Positions 21,997 through 31,215 of a stretch of DNA of 63,326 nucleotides are shown here, piece by piece (positions within the stretch are counted from its first letter, which is position 1; each line of letters starts with the position of its first letter). Under the pieces are notes generated by a model that saw nothing but the letters and a program-made list of their open reading frames with translations, was not told the origin of the DNA and searched no databases. This DNA is from an uncultured Bacilli bacterium (GTDB lineage: Bacteria > Bacillota_I > Bacilli_A > RFN20 > CAG-449), in assembly GCA_947595215.1 (NCBI GenBank), contig CANQEO010000006.1, positions 1 to 63,326 of the forward strand, given 5' to 3'. A program made the translations under genes and the position numbers.

Positions 21997-22287
21997 ATGA
22001 AAAGAAAAAGAATAAAGTATAGCTATAACGAACGAAAAGCATATCACGATGGTGTTATGCAACGCTTCTTACATAGTTGTAGTGGTTTGGGTTTTAATAA
22101 AACGGAAGAGCGTTTAAGTAGAGAACCAAAAGTACAATATTCGGATGGATACACTACGTTTACAAGTGATATTCAACGCGGGTTTGTTCAATCCGAAGAC
22201 TATGTGAGTAAACAAAGTTTGGCATTTCAACGTGGATTCAAAGCGGCAAAATCTGCTTATGAAAAATCAAGAAATATTAAATTTTGA
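21997..22287 (+). CDS. Small basic hypothetical prophage protein
   Basis: strong GAAAGGA RBS, 96 aa, K/R-rich, no TM. Confidence 0.7.
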   Translation: MKRKRIKYSYNERKAYHDGVMQRFLHSCSGLGFNKTEERLSREPKVQYSDGYTTFTSDIQRGFVQSEDYVSKQSLAFQRGFKAAKSAYEKSRNIKF

Positions 22288-22727
22288 TAAAGATTATGAG
22301 TAATAAGAAAAATCGTAAACGCTTAACGGGTTGGGCATGGACAAAGAAATATCCACACGAAAATCATCCTGCTACATATCATCGTAAAGGCAGTAATGAA
22401 ATCGAATATATTACTTTTACACATTCTAAAGAAGTGGATTTTGGTAAAAAAGGAAAGGTTCATACTATTCCATTGTCGGATAATATTAGTCCTTTAGAGC
22501 GAGAAAAAAATAAAAGACATGGAAAAATGCACGGAGAGAATCGTTCCTATGTATATCCAAAAGTTTATGATGGAAAACGTTCGGCTTTAGGAAAAGAAAC
22601 TGATGAGTTTAATCCAGTAGATTCCGATAAGGAATATATCAAAAAGATGTTTGAAGTTTTTCCTCGTGAGCAAGTCCCACTTACGGGTGGTAAAGGAAAA
22701 TATCGAAAGAAAAGGTCTAAACAATAA
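22284..22727 (+). CDS. Putative PemK/MazF-fold protein (probable start MSNKK)
   Basis: HPA...YITFTHS...IPLSDN...SYV layout resembles the PemK/MazF RP..V...TS/T..SY pattern (recognised by eye). Confidence 0.5.
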   Translation: MIKIMSNKKNRKRLTGWAWTKKYPHENHPATYHRKGSNEIEYITFTHSKEVDFGKKGKVHTIPLSDNISPLEREKNKRHGKMHGENRSYVYPKVYDGKRSALGKETDEFNPVDSDKEYIKKMFEVFPREQVPLTGGKGKYRKKRSKQ

Positions 22728-22731
22728 ATGC

Positions 22732-22862
22732 AAAAAAAAGAAAGTGCCACGAGCAATTAAGCCTCTTTCCGTGGGGGCTACAAGGACGAAAGCGGTAAAC
22801 CGCTAACACCGAGCCAAACACTTTCTGTACTTATTGTACTTAAAACTTCTAATAGAAGTCAA
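22732..22862 (-). ncRNA. Putative ~95-nt structured sRNA with its own sigma-A promoter, convergent on ORF 22284
   Basis: TTGACT(22857-22862)-18-TACAAT(22833-22838); closing stem AGAAAGTG/CACTTTCT plus U run; internal hairpins. Confidence 0.6.
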
Positions 22863-22893
22863 TAAATTTTAAAAAAAGAAAGGAAAAAATAAA

Positions 22894-23547
22894 ATGAAAA
22901 GAAAGACAAAAAATACAATAATTACATTAGGCGCAGTAGTAATTGCGTTCGGTTTGTCAGGAGCAGGAAGCGCTCTTTTAACAAATGGCTTTAAAGATTT
23001 TAAAATGTTTGGAATCGATCAAGTAATCGATAATTCACGAATAGCGGTTACTTCAAAAGGTAGTAAAGGAACATCGTGGGTTTCTACTTATGTTTACTTT
23101 ACTCATCCTGAATTAGAAGAAGAAAAACAAGTTAAGACTTGGCCTGGCATGATGGCTAAAGAATTGGTTGATGAAGTTGATTATGTTACTTATCAGGGAA
23201 ATAACGATTACACTATCGAATTAACTCATTTAATGCCTTTAAAGTACACTAATTTTGAAAAGTTCTTCAAAGATGGCGGAACATGTGGCGTGGTATTGTC
23301 CTATGAAACCGAAAGTGGTCGTATTCAAAGTGCGGATTATATGATAACCGAAAGCGGAAATCATTATTTACCACTTCCAACAGAAAATGAAGAAGAAATT
23401 AAAGCTACAAAAATTGAGAAGTTTACTCATTATGGTTTTGTAAGTAATTCAAAAACTAGTGATCAAAAAAGCGATGAAGAAAAAGAATCATCGACTAAAG
23501 ATACTTCTTCACAAGCTTCAAGTGAGGTAAGTAGCGATGACGAATAG
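22894..23547 (+). CDS. N-terminally anchored protein with CBM26-like starch-binding motif
   Basis: TM/signal, then W..TYVY...TWPGMM...QSAD; Ser/Asp-rich tail. Confidence 0.55.
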   Translation: MKRKTKNTIITLGAVVIAFGLSGAGSALLTNGFKDFKMFGIDQVIDNSRIAVTSKGSKGTSWVSTYVYFTHPELEEEKQVKTWPGMMAKELVDEVDYVTYQGNNDYTIELTHLMPLKYTNFEKFFKDGGTCGVVLSYETESGRIQSADYMITESGNHYLPLPTENEEEIKATKIEKFTHYGFVSNSKTSDQKSDEEKESSTKDTSSQASSEVSSDDE

Positions 23548-24571
23548 TACTAAGTGTGTATTAACGATAGTAGCGTTATTAGGTGTAGCTTTAGGCGCTG
23601 TTGGAGTAATTAATCGGATTTTGCCTGGTGAGAAGACTATAGATAAGACATCAATTAATTCAACGACTAGTAATTCGAGTGAAACATCATCAGACAGTGT
23701 TAGCGATGAATCTACTTCTTCTGATGACGAAGAAGGAAAAGAAATTGAAAACACTACCTTTAAGTATTTTTTGCAACAATCAACTTCAGAAAGCGCTGAT
23801 GATATTAACTATGAATTGGAATTAAATCAATATAAAGAGACTGAATGGGTCTATTTTGAGAATTATACTATTGATTTTGGACGCGCTTATCGTGTAAAAA
23901 TTGAAAAACATATAACATATATTAATCAATCAGAAGATGTAGAAACTACTTATTCAAATGATTCATTTGAATGGGGTAATACTGGAACTGGTTCTTTCTT
24001 TTATTGGACTGGTTCAGAATCAAAATCAATTCAAAATCATATTAAAGCATTTAAAGGCGGACTTTATTTTGTTAATTTAGCTGAAGATTTAGTTGAAAGT
24101 GTAATTAGTCGTTACTACTTAGAGGAATCAAATGCTAGTGATCCATCTAGTGAAGTTTTAAAAACTACCGAGATGTTAAATACTTGTTCATTTGATAATG
24201 ATATTTCTCTTTGGTCTCAAACTTTTGATAATTGGGTTTTCTGTTGTCATTATAGTCCTATAAATAGAGAGGTTGGTTATTATCGCATTAAAATAGTAAA
24301 TACAACTTATTATTTAAATAAATCCGAAGAATCTGAAATTACCTATAATGATAATAATTTTGTCGAAAATACATGTCATTATTATAACTTTGTTTATTTA
24401 GTTGGTGTTGATGATAATACATTTAGTAATGGTTCATATAGACCAAGTGGTGATTCATCATCTCCATTGTTTATTGTTGCACAAGATTTAGGTAATGGAT
24501 TTTATATTTTAAATGTTGTTTATCATTTGGCTGTTGATCCATCTGTTGAACAACCATCATATGGTGGATAA
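23537..24571 (+). CDS. N-terminally anchored protein, Ser-rich stalk plus two tandem homologous domains
   Basis: TM, SSETSSDS linker; WVYF..YRVKIE..TYINQSE repeated as WVFC..YRIKIV..YYLNKSE. Confidence 0.7.
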   Translation: MTNSTKCVLTIVALLGVALGAVGVINRILPGEKTIDKTSINSTTSNSSETSSDSVSDESTSSDDEEGKEIENTTFKYFLQQSTSESADDINYELELNQYKETEWVYFENYTIDFGRAYRVKIEKHITYINQSEDVETTYSNDSFEWGNTGTGSFFYWTGSESKSIQNHIKAFKGGLYFVNLAEDLVESVISRYYLEESNASDPSSEVLKTTEMLNTCSFDNDISLWSQTFDNWVFCCHYSPINREVGYYRIKIVNTTYYLNKSEESEITYNDNNFVENTCHYYNFVYLVGVDDNTFSNGSYRPSGDSSSPLFIVAQDLGNGFYILNVVYHLAVDPSVEQPSYGG

Positions 24572-24573
24572 TT

Positions 24574-25125
24574 ATGAAAACATGGGTTAAGGTATTGCTT
24601 ATTTCATTTTTAATATTTTCATCAATTTTTGCTATAGGATCTTTATTTTTGTTTCATAATGAATCAAAAAAAGATGTTTTAAGTGAAATTATTAAGGATG
24701 AAAATAAATTGATGATTGGAACATATATTGAATCTTCAACAAGTTTGAACGAAAAATCTATTAATTGTTTGCATATTTCAATTTATGAAAATGGTAAAAA
24801 ACAAAATGAAACGATTGATTTAGTAATGAATGATGAAAAATTAATCATTGATGAAAGATATTCAAATGTTGCGTTTTTTGATTTAACGGAGATGATGCAG
24901 GAATATACCGATGGCAAAGGTATAAATTCGTGGTCTAAGTTAAATGAAGGTAATTATATAAGCGTTCAAACAGAGTTTAATACATCGGATTTAAAAGCTG
25001 TCAGTGAAGAAGTGAAAATCACTGACAGCGGTCGTTATTTTATAAACGTTCCTACTGAAGATCATGGAAAAGTTCAGGTGGAGCATTCGTTTTTTTACAT
25101 TCAAAAATTAACAATGTGGGAGTGA
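24574..25125 (+). CDS. N-terminally anchored protein, paralog of 22894
   Basis: TM; ITDSGRYFINVPTE vs ITESGNHYLPLPTE. Confidence 0.7.
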   Translation: MKTWVKVLLISFLIFSSIFAIGSLFLFHNESKKDVLSEIIKDENKLMIGTYIESSTSLNEKSINCLHISIYENGKKQNETIDLVMNDEKLIIDERYSNVAFFDLTEMMQEYTDGKGINSWSKLNEGNYISVQTEFNTSDLKAVSEEVKITDSGRYFINVPTEDHGKVQVEHSFFYIQKLTMWE

Positions 25126-26783
25126 TGGTGATGTTATCAAAATTATTGTTAGGATTATTATTAGTAAGTAATTCAGTTCCTTTAACTATTGATATTGATT
25201 ATAATCAAAAAGAATATCGTCAATATAATAAAGCAAATGAGGCTTCATCTGTTGATACTACTTTAAATATTGAAACAACAAATGTTGATTATGATTTGCG
25301 ATATATTTTTGGTGGAAAAGATTATAAAAATTTTGATTTGAATACTTTGCTTCCAGATGAGGATAAGGATCGTTATTCAACATCGAAATTTCTTTGTGCA
25401 AAGCCAGTAGGAAATAATTTGTATTTATATTTTTATCAAAGAATAAATCAAGGTCGTTATGAGCTTGTTGATTCTACTTTTACAATTTCTTTTTCAAAGG
25501 AAAAAGATTCAGAGACTGGTTTATATGTTGAAAATTATAAAATTTATAATGCTAGATTTATTAATCGTTATGGTTATCATGATAGTTTTTATAAGGTGGC
25601 CATCGATAATGTAGTAAATTTAAAAGAAGATTTTAGATGTAATATATTGAATTATCAATTAACGTTTAGTTTAGGTGTAAATCAAAATAGTTATAAAACA
25701 GATGTTTACGATGCTGAGCATGAAGCTATATTTTCAGCGAATGATAATCAAGATTATATGCTTGATTATTTTAGAAGTGATTATGTAACTATTACTGATG
25801 GAGATGTTAAGTTACTTTTAACCAGAGCTGATATAAAATATATTCCACCAGTTAATTTAGGAACATATGGATTAACAAATAGTGATTGGATGGAAGATTT
25901 TTATTACTTTTTTTCAACGGATCGTAATTTAGTAAATTTAGAAGAGGTGCAATATGATTATACTTTGACATCTTATACTGAGCTTCATGATAATGGTCGT
26001 TATACGTCTAAAGATTATCTTAATTGTACTTATACAACGTTTGTTGGAACGATGAATGATATAAGTGGTTATAATTCAACATCAGGAAAACCGATAACAG
26101 ACAAACCAATGTGGCTAGAAGAAGATTCGTTAGCTGATGAATTACGAATAAATAATAGAATTGTGAAAGGCAAACATATCAACGAAGTAAGTCGTCCTTA
26201 TTTCTTTTTTTGGAATAAAGATAATGCTTATCATTTGGAAAACATTCAAAATTGTTTAGATACGAGTAATTTAGTAGGTGATGAAGATAAAGGTTTTTTA
26301 GATTTTATTCAAGCGGTTCAAGCAGAACGAGTTGATAATTATAAAGATAAGTTTCAGTGGGCATTTCGAGTCGGAAGTTTTATTCGTTCTGTAGAATGCA
26401 AATTTATAAACGATGATTGGAGTTGGTTACTTGGTCAAACTGCGCGATCATATACTTATTGTCATGAAGTAAAAAATGCATTGATTGTTAGATTGCGGTT
26501 TAAAGTTGGAATGAAAGAGTATGAAATGAATGCTTTAGATGTTCCAAAAGATACATCTAGCGCGTATATACAAGATGTTCCATATACAACGCTTGGTGAT
26601 GATGTAATTGATTTTATTTTTGATTTTTTGGAGAGTTTTACAAACGGATTCGATATATTACTGCAGATATTAATAATTATCTTTTTAGCGATTGTTTTAT
26701 TAATCTTATTAAGATTAATATTAGGAATTTTTGAATTTTTATCTGAATTTTTATCGAGTAAAAAAAGGAAAAAAAGGAGTTAA
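25116..26783 (+). CDS. Type I membrane protein (signal peptide + C-terminal TM), candidate adsorption/spike (pIII-like) protein
   Basis: MLSKLLLGLLLV signal; ILLQILIIIFLAIVLLILL TM followed by KKRKKRS. Confidence 0.65.
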   Translation: MGVMVMLSKLLLGLLLVSNSVPLTIDIDYNQKEYRQYNKANEASSVDTTLNIETTNVDYDLRYIFGGKDYKNFDLNTLLPDEDKDRYSTSKFLCAKPVGNNLYLYFYQRINQGRYELVDSTFTISFSKEKDSETGLYVENYKIYNARFINRYGYHDSFYKVAIDNVVNLKEDFRCNILNYQLTFSLGVNQNSYKTDVYDAEHEAIFSANDNQDYMLDYFRSDYVTITDGDVKLLLTRADIKYIPPVNLGTYGLTNSDWMEDFYYFFSTDRNLVNLEEVQYDYTLTSYTELHDNGRYTSKDYLNCTYTTFVGTMNDISGYNSTSGKPITDKPMWLEEDSLADELRINNRIVKGKHINEVSRPYFFFWNKDNAYHLENIQNCLDTSNLVGDEDKGFLDFIQAVQAERVDNYKDKFQWAFRVGSFIRSVECKFINDDWSWLLGQTARSYTYCHEVKNALIVRLRFKVGMKEYEMNALDVPKDTSSAYIQDVPYTTLGDDVIDFIFDFLESFTNGFDILLQILIIIFLAIVLLILLRLILGIFEFLSEFLSSKKRKKRS

Positions 26784-26788
26784 GAGAA

Positions 26789-28003
26789 ATGAAAACTAAA
26801 AAAATATTAAGTGTTGGAATATTATTTATATTGTTAACTGGAATTGTCGGTTTTGGTGTTCATTCTTTAACTAAGGTTTCAGAAGAAGAAAATACTGATA
26901 TAGTTGAACGATTGTTAAATTATGCCGAAGTTAAGCCTAATTTATCTTATGAGATGTATCAAAGTGATGTACCTAGTGCAGATTATTTTTATAAGTATGA
27001 AAATATTTATTATAAAAAATTAAGTTTAAGTTTTAGTGGTCAAATAGCTTCTTCTTTATTACTTAAAGTTAATGAATATGCAAAAATAGATAAATTAGGG
27101 ATAATGTTTGCTTATAAGGATGATTTAAATGAGAAAAATTTATCAAACTCATTTTTATTGAATGAGAAAATTATAAGTAGTGAAAGAACTATTGATAAAA
27201 TAGGTAATAAATTAAATATTGAATTTGATTCCCTTTGGATAGGTGCTAATGATTATTTATTAACAGATTTAGATCGCGAATTTGTTTATTGTAGTTATTT
27301 TATGAGTGGAAATAAATATTATTTTGGCGAAGAAGTTACATCTTCTTTAAGAGCGATTGCGAAATCTGCTTATGAAAAATCAGTTTTAAATAAAGAACCA
27401 TTGCAAATTTATAAATTTATTTCAAATTATCATCGTGATTCTTGTTTAGATGAAATAACTCAATTAAATACTAAGTATCAAATGTCAGTTGTATTTTCTG
27501 AAAGTGAGCAAAGTAATTCAATATATCATGATGAAAAAAACGGATATGCTAATATTGCTATAAGAGGAGTGGGTCAAATATCTACGGATCTTTATAATAA
27601 AATTTCTAAAACTCATGCGATTGAGAAATTTGGAGTTGCGATTGTTAAATATGAAGATTTATTAAATTATATAATGATGAAGCGAGATACAATAAAATCG
27701 ATGTTGTATCAAGATGAAAGATTGTTGTATTTAGAAAATTCTTTATCTGAAGTAGTTAAATCTAATGATTTTTCGACAGGTTTTATTAATTGGTATGGAA
27801 CAATTATTGATATAGAAAATACTGAAAAGGCAATAAAGCAAGATTATTATGCTATAAGCTATATGCTTATTGATGGTAAATATGAATTTTTAAATACTGC
27901 AGAATTTTCATTGCCGGATATTGCTTTTGTTTATTTAAAAACTGCTAAAGATACTGATAAAAATTATAATGTTTGGAAATATTTAGCATCATTTGCTGAG
28001 TAA
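26789..28003 (+). CDS. N-terminally anchored protein with two tandem homologous domains
   Basis: GQIASSL..IDKLGI..SY..GNKYYF..SLRAIA repeated as GQISTDL..IEKFGV..SY..DGKYEF..SLPDIA. Confidence 0.7.
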   Translation: MKTKKILSVGILFILLTGIVGFGVHSLTKVSEEENTDIVERLLNYAEVKPNLSYEMYQSDVPSADYFYKYENIYYKKLSLSFSGQIASSLLLKVNEYAKIDKLGIMFAYKDDLNEKNLSNSFLLNEKIISSERTIDKIGNKLNIEFDSLWIGANDYLLTDLDREFVYCSYFMSGNKYYFGEEVTSSLRAIAKSAYEKSVLNKEPLQIYKFISNYHRDSCLDEITQLNTKYQMSVVFSESEQSNSIYHDEKNGYANIAIRGVGQISTDLYNKISKTHAIEKFGVAIVKYEDLLNYIMMKRDTIKSMLYQDERLLYLENSLSEVVKSNDFSTGFINWYGTIIDIENTEKAIKQDYYAISYMLIDGKYEFLNTAEFSLPDIAFVYLKTAKDTDKNYNVWKYLASFAE

Positions 28004-28019
28004 AAGTAGGTAGTTCTTT

Positions 28020-28307
28020 ATGGCAAGAAAAATAAAAATAAGTAGATATATAGGTAAAATTGGTTGGTGTAATGGTCATACTTTTACGAGCATTGAACGA
28101 GAAAATGGAACTTTTAACTATAATAAAATTAATCAAATTAAAAACGGAAATATATATCCAATACCAAAAAAAGACCTTACGTTACCTAGATTTAGTGGAA
28201 TTGATAAAAGAGTTATTAAAGATATTAGTATTGATGATATTAAATATAAAGGACAAAATACAATAAAAGGTCGACATAAACATTATATTAATAAATATAT
28301 GAAATAA
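28020..28307 (+). CDS. Small basic protein, possibly an internally deleted PemK-like protein
   Basis: RBS AGTAGGT; GWCNGH-TFTS...IYPIP...FSGI; followed by a convergent terminator. Confidence 0.5.
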   Translation: MARKIKISRYIGKIGWCNGHTFTSIERENGTFNYNKINQIKNGNIYPIPKKDLTLPRFSGIDKRVIKDISIDDIKYKGQNTIKGRHKHYINKYMK

Positions 28308-28362
28308 AAAACCTAGACAAAGGGTCTAGGTAACGTGCCAAAGATTGGCTACTATTATTATA
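28306..28362 (-). ncRNA. Putative ~45-nt convergent sRNA/terminator unit
   Basis: TATAAT (28357-28362), GCCAA/TTGGC hairpin, ACCTAGAC/GTCTAGGT stem with U run on the minus strand only; weak -35. Confidence 0.4.
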
Positions 28363-28404
28363 CACAATAATTTTAAAAAATAAACATAAAAGTGAGGCGA
28401 TTTT

Positions 28405-28764
28405 ATGAAATTGTTAAAAAAGATCCTTTATTTAATATTGATATTGTTTGTTGTAGTAGTGGTTTGTTATTTAATTTATTCATTTACAAAATTTAATGAT
28501 AAGGGAATTGATTCAACTTATTATCTTGATAAGTATTATTTAAACGAAGATCGAACGGTCTTCGTTTATTTTGGTGATTTTGAAAAAACTAGTTTTATTG
28601 TAGTTAATGGTGATAGATCTGATGTAAATATCGATTATGAAAAAGGTTTATTTATTTTAAAATCGGAATCAGAAGAATATTATTTCGGCCAAGTAACAAG
28701 CGATATTTTATATAGTAGTAATTTTAATGATTATTTTTATAATCAAGATTTTTTTAGTCGTTGA
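28405..28764 (+). CDS. Small N-terminal TM protein preceding the ATPase
   Basis: MKLLKKILYLILILFVVVVVCYLIY; RBS GAGG. Confidence 0.75.
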   Translation: MKLLKKILYLILILFVVVVVCYLIYSFTKFNDKGIDSTYYLDKYYLNEDRTVFVYFGDFEKTSFIVVNGDRSDVNIDYEKGLFILKSESEEYYFGQVTSDILYSSNFNDYFYNQDFFSR

Positions 28765-28786
28765 CTTACTAAAGGCGGTGGATAAA

Positions 28787-30958
28787 ATGAAATTAAAAAA
28801 TGTAATAACGAGGATAAATTTTAAAATTTTATTATGTATAACAATAACAATAGCGATATTGTTGTTATCATTGGTTTTTGAACGTTCTTTTTATCGTATT
28901 TGGGAATCGTTAAAAGATTTTGGACTTAGTATTTATTATTATTTTTGTGAACTTTTTAAAATTGATCGAGTGACAGAACCAACGATTAATTTTATTGGGC
29001 AGTATGATTTAGTGAATGATCCATTTAGTTTCATTTCTTTTGAATTTTTAAAAGCTTATTTAAGCTTAAGTTTTTCAAGCATTATTAATTTGCAATCATT
29101 AAAAGTTTTTTTAGCTTCCAGCGGAAATTTGTTATCTGATTTTTTGAAACTAATGTTAATTGTTTTACCATTGTTAATTATTTTTGTTTTTCTTTACAAA
29201 AATTATTTTAGTAGCAATGAAAAAGCGATTAATTCTGATTCACGGCCATTGAAGATTTATAAGTTCGTTAAATTTAAAATAGTAGATCAAATTGTTTATT
29301 TCTTTGAAGATTTTATGGTTTATTTAAAGGATCATCGTTATTTTTATAAAATCTGGATTGCAATTTTATTGTTTTATTTTAACTTTTATTCAGTTTTAAT
29401 TGAATTAATCGCTTTTTATTTATATTTTGTTTTTTCTTTCGACTTCGGCGGTGTTTTTATGCAATTCTATAAATTGATTCTTGATTTGTTACCACTATTT
29501 AGATTTGTTCCGTTACCTATATGGATTATTATAGGTGTTTTGTTCTTTAATCGATTTCGGAAAAAAATTGCTTATAAAATATTGATGCATCATGAGATGA
29601 TGAATCGAGGTTTAATTAATGAGCTAGGATTGTCATCGTTGATATGTTCACCTATGGGTAAAGGCAAGACTACTTTATTGACGGATATTGGACTTTCTCA
29701 ATCAATAATGTTTCGTGATGTCGCATTTCAAAAGCTTTTAGAAAATGATTTGAAATTTCCTAATTTTACTTTTTCTGTTTTTGAAAAAGAAATAAAGCGA
29801 GCTATAAGCGATCATGAAATCTATAATTTGGCTACTTGCGAAAAGTGGATCAAATTGAAAGAATCAGAGTTTAAAAAAAGCGGAAATTTGTTTGATTACG
29901 ATTATTTAAGATATGGTCTTTATTATTACGACGGGTGCAAAGAAATTTCTATTTTTGAAATGCTTAATAATTATGTTAAATTGTTTTTTATTTATGCGAT
30001 GGAATCTAGCTTGATGATTACTAATTACTCTGTTCGTGAAGATAATGTATTAGATGACATCGGATTTTTTCCTCGATGGCATAGTGATTTTTTTAGTAGT
30101 AATCCAGAATATATGGAAGCTTATTCCAGGCACTCTCATATTCTAGATTTTGATATGCTCCGTTTAGGTAAAACAGTTGTTGAAAATAATAAATATCGTG
30201 ACGCATTTGAATTTGGTGTAGTATTAATCACCGAAGGCGGAAAAGAACGAGGGAATATGCTCGATAATCGAGGAGTTAAAAAAGATTCGGAAAATGCGAA
30301 TCAGTTAAACGATTTGTTTAACTCTTGGTTAAAGATGGTCCGACATAGTGCAACGGTCGATAATTATCCGTTTGTGAAAGTTATCTTTGATGAACAAAGG
30401 CCAGAATCATTAGGGGCTGACGCACGTGAAGTTTGCGAAAAGATCATTTTTATCGAAGAGAAAAAAGCAACGCAGACTCCATTGATGTTGTTTGGGCTGG
30501 AGACAATGATTTATGATTTTTTTAATGAACGTTTAAGTAATATTTATTCTAATTATCGTTATTATCGCGGTGATAACACTTTGTTTATGTATTTATTAAA
30601 AAGCCTGTGGTCTAAATATTCACATTATTATGAACGTTTAAAAAATGTTTTTAGCTATCACAAATTGATTTTGTCTAGTCAAAAAGGAACTCTGGACGGA
30701 ACTGTTGGATCTAGTAAGTATTATATTAGTCATAAAAAGATCTATTCTAAGAGATTTGCAACTAATGCTTTTAATGATTATTTTATGCAAAAATCGATAT
30801 TGTCGGAAATCGGATTAAATGACATTCCAGAGTTTGAAAGTGAATCTGCAACGCTTGAAGAACTAGCAAGTGAAAATTCGTATTTTATTCGTGAACTGAT
30901 AAGAATCAGAAGTGAGCAAAATAAAAATATGAATAATCAAGAAAAAGATGAAATATGA
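28787..30958 (+). CDS. Zot/pI-like morphogenesis ATPase (FtsK-HerA superfamily) with multi-TM N-terminus
   Basis: several TMs in the first ~260 aa; Walker A SPMGKGKT; Walker B-like VVLITE; MVRH...KVIFDEQ...ADARE; RBS AAAGGCGGTG before ATG 28787. Confidence 0.7.
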   Translation: MKLKNVITRINFKILLCITITIAILLLSLVFERSFYRIWESLKDFGLSIYYYFCELFKIDRVTEPTINFIGQYDLVNDPFSFISFEFLKAYLSLSFSSIINLQSLKVFLASSGNLLSDFLKLMLIVLPLLIIFVFLYKNYFSSNEKAINSDSRPLKIYKFVKFKIVDQIVYFFEDFMVYLKDHRYFYKIWIAILLFYFNFYSVLIELIAFYLYFVFSFDFGGVFMQFYKLILDLLPLFRFVPLPIWIIIGVLFFNRFRKKIAYKILMHHEMMNRGLINELGLSSLICSPMGKGKTTLLTDIGLSQSIMFRDVAFQKLLENDLKFPNFTFSVFEKEIKRAISDHEIYNLATCEKWIKLKESEFKKSGNLFDYDYLRYGLYYYDGCKEISIFEMLNNYVKLFFIYAMESSLMITNYSVREDNVLDDIGFFPRWHSDFFSSNPEYMEAYSRHSHILDFDMLRLGKTVVENNKYRDAFEFGVVLITEGGKERGNMLDNRGVKKDSENANQLNDLFNSWLKMVRHSATVDNYPFVKVIFDEQRPESLGADAREVCEKIIFIEEKKATQTPLMLFGLETMIYDFFNERLSNIYSNYRYYRGDNTLFMYLLKSLWSKYSHYYERLKNVFSYHKLILSSQKGTLDGTVGSSKYYISHKKIYSKRFATNAFNDYFMQKSILSEIGLNDIPEFESESATLEELASENSYFIRELIRIRSEQNKNMNNQEKDEI

Positions 30959-30988
30959 AATGTCTTTTTTCGAGCTTAAACCGCACAC

Positions 30989-31071
30989 AACTCACAGCAG
31001 TCGCTGTCAAGCGGCAAGTAAAACGATACGCCGTTAGGGCAACGCTTGACAGCTTAAGACTGCTGTGAGTT
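30989..31071. other. GC-rich long DNA hairpin (candidate packaging/morphogenetic signal)
   Basis: AACTCACAGCAGTC-GCTGTCAAGCG ... CGCTTGACAGC-ttaa-GACTGCTGTGAGTT directly after the ATPase gene. Confidence 0.65.
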
Positions 31072-31215
31072 ATAATACAAAAGGCGCGAAAAGACAAAAG
31101 TAAAAAAGAAAAGAAGAACCTAAAAAGATGTAAGTCGAGTAAAAGCTCCATGTGGTTATGGGGAGGAGTGAGGTCCTTAGGTAGACTTAAAAAAAGAGCC
31201 ATTAGCCAAAAATAC

